A DNA stretch of 61,243 nucleotides, filler included, from Platydemus manokwari (lineage: Eukaryota), in the NCBI GenBank assembly GCA_037951405.1. It is 6 parts of 6 records of this genome, joined end to end, with 100 filler letters (N's around TTAATTAATTAA, not from the genome) between each part and the next. Parts side by side here need not be neighbours in the genome. Positions count along the whole stretch, not along the records: positions 11,575 to 22,400 come from JBBMOY011103220.1; positions 22,501 to 34,346 come from JBBMOY010436666.1; 4 more parts are not named here. One strand, given 5' to 3'. The notes below the pieces were generated by a model, which was given only the letters and a program-made list of their open reading frames with translations, searched no databases and was not told where the DNA came from. How positions within the stretch are numbered: position 1 is the first letter of the stretch; each line of letters starts with the position of its first letter. Shown here piece by piece: positions 13,151 through 24,070 of this stretch. The position numbers and the translations under genes were made by a program.

Positions 13151-14060
13151 AAATTCTTTGCATTCTAAATATAATTTTATAAAAATATTTTTGTAAATTT
13201 CAAATGAAGAAAATGGAAATCATTACTACTAAATTATTAAAAATATAAACAGTAGAAATTGAAAAACACTAGTGTCATCACAAAGAAAAACTAATTACCA
13301 AAAATAAAAATAAATAAATTACATTACGCTTACAAAAAATCAGGTAGACTATTCGAACAAAAAACTCACACAAAAACACTTGTAGCAATAAAGGAATAGT
13401 CTAAGAATTTCATTGAGGATTATTATGATCCAAGTGAAGTTGCTCTAGAAATCCATAAATTAGTAACGACTGAGCATTACCATTTTTACTGTTTGAATAG
13501 CTATGTAAATCATTTTCAATGCCATTCAGCTTAATGTATAAGGCAGTATATTTCTATGCCTTGGCATTCGTAAATTTGAATATGATGCTCTATTCTCAAG
13601 AGAGGATTTATTAACACTGATTGTACATAAGTGGTATTGTTATAATTAAATTAATTAAAAGTCATATGTCATGTTCCGTGGATAACCATTTAAAGATGAT
13701 CAAAATAATTGGTTGAAAGACCTTGCTTTACAAACATCAATAGTTGTCATATTGATTTGAGTTAATCGCATATATCCTTTTAGTAATATCAACTGTCGAT
13801 CAATTAATTATTGTATTCATTGGATTCATATTAGCATGATAAAGAAAAGATTGTCAAGTTACATTCACTAAAACGTCTCTGATAAATTTTAATAAAGGTT
13901 GTTCACCTGTTACTGATTTATATACAAAATATGGTTTGTGTATACAATTGAAAGGTAAATACGATAAATTTTATTTGAGGAGTTTGGAAATAACTTGGTC
14001 CTGATAAAAGAATTCCTGTATATAGTTTGATGAAGAATCTTTTGAATCAATAGAAAAGAA

Positions 14061-14446
14061 TCAATTATCTAAACAATATAAAACATATATAGATAATTGT
14101 CCACATAATTATTCGTCTGTTTGTATTTGAATATTATTATAAACAAAATCAGACCTTGCCTGAATTTCAACATCTTCATCCTCAAAGAAATTGTAAACTT
14201 CTTTAGTTCCTAAAATTCCATAAGGATAAAAATAAAATGTATGAGGTTTACTTATTAAAACTCAATGAGAATTCTTTTCTTTTGATGTTACTAAATTCAT
14301 TATTAGATATGTTTTGTCAGATGGCTTTGAAAGTTCGTCTCTCATAATAATTTTTATTTCTAAGATAAATCATCAGTAATATATTTTAAATCAAAATTAG
14401 TAGTTTTATTAATTTCATATTTAGCTAAAAAAATTATTAAATCCAT
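14061..14446 (-). pseudogene. Polinton/Maverick (adintovirus-like) adenain-type cysteine protease pseudogene
   Basis: Reads MDLIIFL...TTNFDL, a frameshift, then IIMRDELSKPSDKTYLIMNLVTSKEKNSH*VLISKPHTFYFYPYGILG...YNNIQIQTDE*LCGQLSIYVL. The adenain H(W)V, YF(D)xYG and Q..CG motifs are in the correct order, with stops. Confidence 0.82.
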
Positions 14447-14463
14447 TTTTTAAACAATAAAAA

Positions 14464-15395
14464 TTATACTTGTTTGAAGTGTAATCTTAATGATATTTCT
14501 TCTTAACTGAAGTCTATTAAATCCTCATTTTGATCTGTTATTTTAAAGGTAATTTCATTAACACGTTTAGTAAATATTGGAAAATAGATTACTTGATTTA
14601 CTTCTTTAATATATAAATAAGCTGGGGAACACCATTATCTGGAAAATTATAAATAAAATTCGATCGTATCAAAGAATATTCACTGTTTGTGCTTTTTGAA
14701 AATATATAACTTCCATTTGCTATAAAACATTCAACATTTATTAACGTAAGCTCAGGAATATTTATATTAATTTTTTAAGTCCACATCAAGTTCTTCTTGA
14801 TTTCCAGGGATAGCCAAAACCTCGAAGAATTGAGTGGCTAAAAAGGATCTCAAAAACAACGGAAGAGGGAAGTTAGATAAAAAAAATGAGATTTGTTTTA
14901 ATATTAAAAAACAAACGGTGCAATTTTGAAATAGAATAAAATATTGATGGAAACTAGTTATCTTTTTACTATTTATTTTCTGATAAATGGGGTCCAGATG
15001 GATATATTTTATTATTTTCAAATACTAAAACAAATCTCAAAGTAACACATATTCCCTTTTAATATTTATTTATATTTTACAGTTACTTTATCAGGTTCAT
15101 TTTTACTTTATATATTGTTTTTTTATTACGATCAACTTGTTTAATTCCATTAATTTCATACTCACCAACACTTTTCTGTATACTTTCATTTATATTAGGA
15201 ACTTCTCTAGCAATAGGTGGAATTTTATATAATTTATTCTAATATTCAAAAGAATTATCATTATTATTAAAATTATGAACAGAACTATAAACACTTATGG
15301 AAATTAAACCAATTTCATATTCAAATCTTATATATAACTTTAAAGGCACCGGAAAACTAAATTTACATACTGATTTTTTAATATTACATATTATT
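14464..15395 (-). pseudogene. Polinton/Maverick minor capsid (penton) pseudogene, interrupted by a Gypsy 3'-end fragment
   Basis: FSFPVPLKL...EYEIGLISISVYSSVHNFNNNDNSFEY*NKLYKIPP...NINESI; TLRFVLVFENNKIYPSGPHLSEN; [insert about 14771-14970]; INIPELTLINVECFIANGSY...IYNFPDNGVP; frameshift; VIYFPI...ITFKITDQNEDLIDFS*EEISLRLHFKQV*. It is colinear with Polinton penton consensus motifs and lies directly upstream of the protease. Confidence 0.82.
14771..14965 (+). mobile_element. Ty3/Gypsy 3' fragment (integrase tail + polypurine tract + LTR start)
   Basis: catcaagttcttcttgatttccaggga...gaagaattgagtggc...ggaagagggaag-ttagataa matches 34050-34157 (+) and 38844-38950 (-); the latter is contiguous with an integrase. 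Confidence 0.75.
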
Positions 15396-17337
15396 AATTA
15401 TTAATATTAAGTATAAATTTTCTTGGTGCCATTCTCAATTTGCCTTATCAAAACGTATCCATTAAACAATGAATCGGCTGTTATCAAATCCCTCTTCACC
15501 ATGTTTCTCTTATCTGCTACAAAAAATATTCCAAAAAACTATCTACTTTTCTGCTATCTCCGTCAACAACATAGCTTTTAAAAAGTAATCACCATCTCTC
15601 AACAGAGTATTATTCTCGAGTAATATTACTCGTTTATTATTCGGGATCTTCAATTCTACATACGTCGCATTCAGACTCTCGAACACGAAATCTAACAGTT
15701 TAAAGATTCTATTTGGGTTTTGGAAACAAAAGGTATCTCAATCCCTTTTATCTTTATGCAATATTTTCTCGGTACGACCGAAATGTCATCTTTATTCATA
15801 AAACGTATTCCAATAAAACATTCTATGAATAGTTAAATATTGAAATAATTCTTCTGCACCAATTACAACTATTAAATAAACCTGCATTGAAGATTTTATT
15901 ATTGATCAATTTTCAAATCTAATCCTGTTAGGTGATCTCTTCATTTTGATTGATCACCATTTTTCATTAGTCTAAAGACTAACGCTTCGCTCATGACGTT
16001 AAGTTCCTTTGTCAAAGAGTATATACACTTTCTCATTTTTATCCTTGAAGTTGACTTAATTCCTGAAGTTCAGTTCGTTATAACCATTTCTTTTTGAGGT
16101 CCAATGGCATATCTAAATATTCGGATTCTGGTTTATATATCACAACCACTCAACTGAATTAAAATCTGAATCCAATAGTGGTATTCATTAAGAATGATGA
16201 CACTTTAATTTATAAATAATTATTTAATAAATAAAGAATATATCTATAAAATATTATTGCAAAGAACAATAAATTCAATAATGAATCAAGATAAGATACA
16301 ATGAATACAATGAAATGCTAGAATAATTTGTAAATAGATTTCTTTATAATAATGATTTATTTAGAATTTAATTGCTTCATTTTCAATTTAGATAGAATTG
16401 AATTTAAGGGACGACTTCTATATAAGTGATCCAAGGTGACCTCTGGTGCTGATGGAAGCCCTGTTATTCACGTGTTGCAAGTGATTTTAGTTTTGATTTT
16501 ATAGATTAGTTCAATAGAGTAGATCCAAGTGATATAAATTATCATAAATATCATTACAGCTTTAAAATTAAGAATAGGTCAAGAAAAAAAATTTACTATA
16601 GCTTCGAAGAAATTGTACAGGAAAGGATTTTGGTTTTCTGATGAAAGGGATTGTAATTATGGATTTCGTAGCTACGATTTATAATTTTTGTAGCTCGTTA
16701 TACAGTTTTGTTCTTCCATTTATTTGAATTTCTTTGTTTTATTTTTTTTCAATTTTAGTAATTTAATTAAACTATTTTTAGTTCTTTTCATTATGACTTT
16801 ACTTTTAGATATTATTTTATAATGTATTTATTTTTGTATTTTATTAATTTTATTTTTAGATTTTAGGAATATTTATTAGTGACTCAACAATTTTTTTGTA
16901 TTTTATATAGATATATGAGTGTAAGTATGTGAAAATGATATCCAAAAGTTAAGATTACACATAATCATAATGATTATATATTATGCAATGTGATTTATCA
17001 TTACTTAAATAAAATATAATCAAGTTTTAAACTTATTAAAAACCAATTTTGATTAACTCGGAATTTAAATGAAAACAAAAGATAGGAATTGGTATAGAAT
17101 AATTACATTTGTTTAAAGAATTTGCGGTAATTATAAATAGTTTATTCGTTTTATGATTCATTTATAAATAACGGCGCCCATAATAAATTGAGCGGAAATT
17201 AGAGCTTCATGTCTTGCATGTCGACATGAAATGTCTATAATAAATTAGACTATAATAAGTTTTGAAAGAGGTGAAAGTTCGATTATGAAATACGATATTA
17301 AAGACGAGCATATTAGATATTTTATTTCACTTTACCT

Positions 17338-18861
17338 ATGGAAAGTCTTTTCGCATTTATAGTGACTATATTGGTCGTAGTTTTTGTTTTATCCATAAAA
17401 TACTTCAGAAAGAGAAAGAAACATCCACCAGAGCCCTTAAATATTACGATTTTCGGTTTTCAATTATTTCCAATTTTGAAATTGTTTTTCCCAAGGATAT
17501 TCACTGCAAAATCTCAAACTCAATATTTTATTGAGATGAAGAAAAAATATGGTGACTTGTGGGCAATGGATTGCGGATACAAAAAAATATTTGTGTTAGC
17601 GTCATATGACGTCATACATGAAGCATTGGTTGAAAATGGAACATTTTTTACAGGTAGACCATTCCAAGAGTCATTACAAATTATTAGTGAAAATCGAGGT
17701 ATTGCTTTCGCAAATGGAGAGATATGGTATGCTAATCGACAGTTAGCTATCAAATCATTACGTGACTTAGGAATGGGAAAGCAATTACTAGAATATTATA
17801 TTTGTGAAGAAATAGATGAACTAATTGGTAATATAAATAAAAAAATGTCAGGAAAGGTGTCTAGTCCAAAAGTATTTATCAAATCAATTTCTAATGTGAT
17901 CAGTCAACTTATTTTCAATGAAAGAAACAAATACAAAGATCCGGATTTTGAGTGTTATATTAAAAATCTTGATACTTGGTTCCAAACAAATGAAGCGCAT
18001 AATAAAATGGAATTATTCTCAAATTTTTTATCGATTGAATATATGAAGAAAGTTTTCCCAGACGTAAATAAATTTATATTTAGCTCTAAAGAATGCCTGA
18101 GATTCATTGAAAACAAATCTAAATCGAGAATCAAAGTAATGGACGAATATTCGAAACCAAATTGCGTATTCGATTATTTCTGGCGATATAGATATCAAGA
18201 TGATCCCAAATCGAGCTATGCAGCGAAATTCCTTGATATATCTCATTCAATGTTTGATTTATTCTTGGGTGGTACAGATTCAACAACCAATATGCTGGCA
18301 TTTAGCTGTTTAATTCTGGGTCAATATCGCAATGTTCAAGAAGAATTAAGAAACGAGCTTCAATCACTCGTTGATGATTATCGTCTGGTAAATTATGAAA
18401 TTAAAAACGAATGTCCGAAATTGTTGTCTTTCATTGATGAAGTGCACAGGTTTTGTGCCCTATCACCGCATATTATCCGTAGAACTATATCAGATTGTCT
18501 GTTAAGAAATTATAAAATTCGAATTAATGATCTAGTTCTCTGTGATCTTTTTTCGGTTTTCAGAGATCCATCACTGTTTGAAAATCCTGATATTTTCGAT
18601 TCGCATAGATTCCTCGATGAATCGAAAACGAATTATATTCCTAATAAACACCTTATCCCATTTGGGATTGGAAAACGAGCTTGTTTGGGTGAAAGCATTG
18701 TTCATATGAAATTATTTTTATTTCTTTCAAAAATTATTTTAAAATATGATATTTTATTACCGAATACAACAAAAATTAATTTAAAGGAGATTTTAGAAGG
18801 AACCCAGAATATTGTGCACGCTCCACTGGATCATGATATTATATTTCAAACAATTTATTAA
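17338..18861 (+). CDS. Cytochrome P450, CYP2-clan-like, intronless, 507 aa
   Basis: N-terminal TM anchor, basic stretch and PPEP hinge; C-helix WYANR...LRDLGMGK; I-helix LFLGGTDSTT; K-helix EVHR; meander FDSHRF; heme motif FGIGKRACLG. Uninterrupted ATG-to-TAA ORF. Confidence 0.97.
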   Translation: MESLFAFIVTILVVVFVLSIKYFRKRKKHPPEPLNITIFGFQLFPILKLFFPRIFTAKSQTQYFIEMKKKYGDLWAMDCGYKKIFVLASYDVIHEALVENGTFFTGRPFQESLQIISENRGIAFANGEIWYANRQLAIKSLRDLGMGKQLLEYYICEEIDELIGNINKKMSGKVSSPKVFIKSISNVISQLIFNERNKYKDPDFECYIKNLDTWFQTNEAHNKMELFSNFLSIEYMKKVFPDVNKFIFSSKECLRFIENKSKSRIKVMDEYSKPNCVFDYFWRYRYQDDPKSSYAAKFLDISHSMFDLFLGGTDSTTNMLAFSCLILGQYRNVQEELRNELQSLVDDYRLVNYEIKNECPKLLSFIDEVHRFCALSPHIIRRTISDCLLRNYKIRINDLVLCDLFSVFRDPSLFENPDIFDSHRFLDESKTNYIPNKHLIPFGIGKRACLGESIVHMKLFLFLSKIILKYDILLPNTTKINLKEILEGTQNIVHAPLDHDIIFQTIY

Positions 18862-19489
18862 TTATTCTAATGAGGATGAAACCTTTAATTATTATTATTA
18901 TCGTTAAGAAAAATTCTTTGCCTTGTCTTTTCAAATTTGCATTATTATAATCTATTGACTCTTTGACAGTTTCTATATCAATTGTGATAAACTGACCATA
19001 ATTTTAAGTTTTATCTGATAAATAAAAAAATTTACTCTGCAAATTAGCTTATCATCAGAACATAATTAGTGTATGGTTCCAGGAAACGATGAAAGCAAGT
19101 AATCTGTAGAAAAAATGAATACCTAAACTAGTACATACCAATGACAATAGCTAGGAGATAATCAAATTTCGCTTTATTTATAAGAATTAAGTTGTAAAAA
19201 TATATGTGAATTATAAAAGTAAAAATCCACATTTTTGAAAGCACCACGGTATATGACTATATCCAATACCTCCAAATTTGACAAAAGCGGGTTCGGGTGT
19301 TTATTGAAGAAATTAGCCACAAGCTTTAGTAAATTTATGAAATATGAGATTAAATATTTTATGAAAAACATTTTGACATTGATGGGACAATTAGGCTAAA
19401 ATTAGGCATCTTAATCTAATTAACAATTATCAGAACGATTAAGTCAATAATTGAAACATCTTTAAAAAGAATTATCTAAAAATACGAAC

Positions 19490-19872
19490 TCTATAGATTA
19501 CATGTATTAAGATCTACCTTTTTAGCAAAAAAATTCAGTCTAAAATCCAGAGGGTCTTAATAGGTGTAGTCAGCAACTAGGCTTGCTGGATCAACCATTA
19601 ATGCATGTGATTAGCTAATTTTCTGTCGTTAGTCAGCTGGTTTATAATGCTACACAACAAATTGATATTTCAGCTACCAAATTTGTGTGCAATTTTCTGA
19701 TTCCCGTAAAATGGCTGAAAGGCGAAATTCCTATACTGCAAGATACAGGCTAAAAGTGGTTGAATTTGCCAAAATAAATGGGAATAGAGCTGCACAACGT
19801 GAATTTCGGCCTCCACCTACTGTCAAGATAATCAGGACACAAGATCATTTGAAGATGAAACGCGTAATTTAA
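19490..19872 (+). mobile_element. pogo-type transposon 5' remnant encoding a Brinker-like DNA-binding domain
   Basis: MAERRNSYTARYRLKVVEFAKINGNRAAQREF matches the BrkDBD pattern (RxSY...KLKVVxxAxxxGNRAAxRxF) of pogo/Passer transposases. It is truncated; the upstream boundary is approximate. Confidence 0.7.
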
Positions 19873-20265
19873 GGTTTAGTTTGTTCGTTATATATATATA
19901 TATTGATATCATAAGCTAATATGGCATTTGTAATATGGGATAAACCAATACAGTAGACACATATATCCATCTATAATTAAAAGCTCAATACTAGTAAATC
20001 CAAACTGATATTATAGCTTATAATTTCGCAAAATGACCATATTTAAATATCTCTAATTTTATACAATTGTGTTTAAAATATAAACCACTAAATTAATAAT
20101 AACAATACTAATAGTAATCACATATTTAAGCTATGGGGTTTGTTTATTAAAATGACATTAATATGCTTATAAATTAGTCTATATTTAAAATCTGCTCTGA
20201 AGTCAACTAAAATATTATAATTAATTCTTTAATATAATTAAATCTCTGCTAAATAAATTAAATAC

Positions 20266-20496
20266 CTGGTATACATATTTTATAAGTAATTGATCTTGAA
20301 GGCTTGTGCATTAAAGAATTTGATTTGGGGTGGTTTAACTCCATGTGTTTGGATAATTCGAACATTTGGTTAGCTCCTGTAGGATGAAATATGGATACTA
20401 GAATAAGATGAGATAAGAATCAAGAAATTTATAACGAAAATAATAATAAAAATATTTACCTTCACTGAATATTAAAATAAAACAAACCAAAAACAT
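20266..20496 (-). CDS. Two candidate 5' exons encoding a signal-peptide-like N-terminus, possibly of the Ig gene
   Basis: Exon 20496-20460 (MFLVCFILIFSE, in-frame stop upstream, donor gtaaat); 62-bp intron; exon 20397-20266 (VSIFHPTGANQMFELSKHMELNHPKSNSLMHKPSRSITYKICIP, donor gtattt). Phases are compatible and there are no stops. Confidence 0.5.
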
Positions 20497-21649
20497 ATTG
20501 ATAAGATGTCAAAGATTATTAAATAATCTTGTGACATTTAAGTATTGTGAGAATCAGTTGAGAACGCTGACCAAATATAAATCCTATCAATGACAGTAGT
20601 GGATAACAGTGTTTTATTGATTTAAATCGAAAAATTGCTCAATCTAAATGTTTTTGAAAACTGTATTCTGATTTGTTCTGTGCTTGAGAAAGGTGGAAAT
20701 TCATTGAAATTATTGATTCTGTCACGAGTGGTCGTAGTAGAATATTGAAATCCTCATGAACATTGCTAAACAGAACAAACCGATAATGAAATATTGAAAA
20801 CACGACTTGCTAGATTGCTGATGTTTTAAGTACATTTTGTAGGTTGCGCTGAATTCGGACAGTTTTGTTTTACTGTTTCTTTTAAAGTGCAGCTTACATT
20901 ACAATAATTTTTTTTAATTCTCTGCACTTTTTATCTATCCTGAATTTAGGGTTTATTCATGTCGAACTATTGCATTTGATTACTTAATTTTACATATCAG
21001 TGCCCATCTATCTTTTACATGGACGTGTAATTATCTTTCAATATAAATAAATACTGATAATAAACCACAAAATAATATTACACGCAAAGTTATTACTGAC
21101 AAATTTGTGGTCAACAATAAACTCTTAAGATGCTTAAGTTATCGTTATTTTTATTTATCACCAATGCCTGTAAATGAGTTTTGGATTGATTTAAAGAAAT
21201 TGGAAGCTTTCACTTAGGAATAATGAAATTTGATTTTGTGCTTGCACTGAGCTGCCTTAATTTTGTGTTTGTTGAAAGCTAGAATAAAATGGGATTTTGA
21301 AATGGAATTGTATTAATAGATGGATGGTGAAATTAAACAATCGAGATTGAGTGATTGAGCAAGCTAAATGCTTAAGACGATTTGGATATCTTTATTATAT
21401 TTGAAGACTTTTGACTGAAGTGATTGTGTTTATATTTGGAGATTAGATATGTATAACTTGAGTTAGGAAATTTTAGTGGATGAAGTTCGATTCCTAACAG
21501 ATTTAACACGTGATATAATGAAAGAAATGAAAATATTCAAACTGACAGTAACATTAACTAAGTACCTCAATAACTCCAATTGATATTGATTTCGATTTTG
21601 TTTCAAATATATTTTCTTGCTCACTACGGGTTTTGAAATGCGGGACATA

Positions 21650-22200
21650 AAAACGGTGCATCAAGGAAAAGGCATCATTCAGAAGATGGAAAACATCAAA
21701 AAAGAAACCGAGTGAGAAGAATCACTTACTGCGATTCATAAGAAAGTGTCATATGTAGATATAACAAAGAATGCTAAGCAATGGAATGCTCCAATTAGAA
21801 GAATCCAACTCTCAAGTCGTCAGTATGAAACGAAAAGGCAGTCACTAAACGTACGATATTGAAACACGTGGAAAGTAACTCGACGATGCTGGGCTTGCTG
21901 TTAACTTGGGCACATCAGAGCTCAATCCAACAATGAAAACTACCTTGACTGTGGTAGAAATGGCCATTTCCAATATCAATGCAGAGTATCAAACCAAGCC
22001 AGTGCTAGATACTCAAGAGAAAGTGACAAAAGTAAACCCCCACAACGACACTTCGAGAACTTTCAGAATCGAGACAGACGGGATCCACAATTGAAAGGAT
22101 CATTCTATTCACAATCAGAAGAACAGAGGTAATTTAATGCCATGAATGACTATGATGAAGAGATTGAAAGAGAGATGGAGAAACAATCAGAAGAAGCTGC
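21650..22200 (+). mobile_element. Degenerate LTR-retrotransposon gag nucleocapsid region
   Basis: Two decayed CCHC knuckles, RCWACC*LGHIRAQ and CGRNGHFQYQC, in A-rich context. Confidence 0.55.
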
Positions 22201-22400
22201 GTAAAAAGACGAGGCTCTTGCGTACAGTGAGACGTTAGGAGACATAAATTTGGTTTAAGTAGGTATTTAACTGACAATGAATGTATGAATGAGAATGTAT
22301 GTGAAAGGAATGTATGTATGTCCGAATATATGAGAATGAATGATGATTTTATTTCGAATGATTGTGATTGTATTTCCATTGATGATGAAACCTCTTACAA

Positions 22401-22500
22401 NNNNNNNNNNNNNNNNNNNNNNNNNNNNNNNNNNNNNNNNNNNNTTAATTAATTAANNNNNNNNNNNNNNNNNNNNNNNNNNNNNNNNNNNNNNNNNNNN
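22401..22500. other. Assembly gap with synthetic linker
   Basis: 44 N + ttaattaattaa + 44 N. Confidence 0.97.
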
Positions 22501-23479
22501 TGAAAGCTTGTTATACAAATCGATATTATTTGGTGTTTTGTTTAGATACTGTTTTATAACTTTAAAGAATATTTTTGGTAAAATTTTTATCAACAAAGTT
22601 TTCTAATACAGTACTTTCAACTATTTGAACTTTATATATCAAATGTGTTATTGATTAACTTGTAATAAACATTAGAAATAATACAAATTGATTTTATCTG
22701 TTTTCATGATTAGTCGAACTATTTTCAGATATTTAAAATATTGTAGTTAGTAGATGTAATGAAAAAATTATAACAATCATTTTCGTTTAAACTAAACCAC
22801 GCATTAACAGACTAAATGAAAGAAAGCAAATTATCATAGTTCAATGACACTCATCTGTATTTCTATATGAGAAAAATTTATTTCTGAATAACTGCACTCT
22901 TATAAAAATAATTGAAATACAGTTCTATTCTAATACGGTTTCGAAAATTTTTTTTTGTAATAACCGCACTTCTGTTAATCGATATTCAAATTATGGAATT
23001 GTAATGACTACGGGAATACACGGTCAATAATTCTGCTTAATAGTCACCAGATAAAATTATTAGTAAAACGCATAAATCATTCATTATTCTATAATTTACT
23101 CAGTGATGAGTCAGCAAATATTTTTTCTTGGGGGATTAATGATTAAAATGATAATATAAACAAAAATAATATGACGTTACAATCACTATTTATATATGTA
23201 GATATGATACACAATGATGTAATCATATTTCCTGGAAACAGTTTGAATAACAAAGATTGTGTTATCGGTATGAAAATTGGTGAAAATTTTTCCAAAACAT
23301 TCTTAAATTATTGCGGTGATAAAATTAGATTTGTAAGCAAGTCACAAACGACTCACGAAAGAGATTATCATAAGATTTATAAAATGGGATATAAAACCAC
23401 ACAGAGCTAAATCTCGATGATAGCACCTGTATCTTTGTTTTATTGAATTTCAGACAGAATCATTTAAATATTGGATAAT

Positions 23480-24070
23480 AAGGATTAAGATGTCAGTTTC
23501 CCATGTAAAGTAAAGAAAGAAGAAATAGCCTCAATGATTTTATACCAGAAATAAAGGGTACAAATTTGGCGTTGAGACCAAGATAATTTTACTATTATAA
23601 GAAACACTCAAGCTTTTTAAAGCTAGTCATATGATCTTGATGAATTGAATTTCAAAGATTTAAGACAACCCAAATAAGATGAAATCGAAGTCAAGGTAAT
23701 GTCAATAATTTAACGATTATAAATTATCTATATTTGTTATACTGCCAAATCGAAGAATCCCTTAACACATTCTTCTTCAAAAATTTGATGTTTCAACCAA
23801 TACACTGAAATAAATATTTAAAAAATCAAATACCTCATTATAGATAAAAATACAAAATATGGAGCCTCGCTAACTTCTTATTTGAAATATTGATTTATTT
23901 AATAGAAAACATTAGTTTATTGATTAAAAGAGGATTTCAAATATGAAAAATATTACAGTTTCGGGACTGTATGTGAGACGAGTTTCAGTGTACAAAGTCA
24001 CATTAGATTATTTTAAAAAATCATTGCTAATTGCATTAAGGGCATTGGCAAACGTGTGTTTATAAATGGA
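23480..24070 (+). mobile_element. Possible highly decayed Penelope-type reverse transcriptase remnant
   Basis: Fragments IPEIKGTNLALRP and KFDVS/YTEI occur in the order of PLE RT motifs (PKxHKxxxPLRP, FDVxSLYTNI). Very degenerate. Confidence 0.3.

Noticed and set aside
14610-14650. GVPQ motif suggesting a LINE reverse transcriptase
   Set aside because: It lies within the penton-like reading frame and no other RT motifs are nearby.
16636-16680. CTGATGA as a hammerhead ribozyme core
   Set aside because: No downstream stem II plus GAAA arrangement is visible.
17520-18246. Antisense ORFs within the CYP
   Set aside because: Shadow ORFs of the real coding strand.
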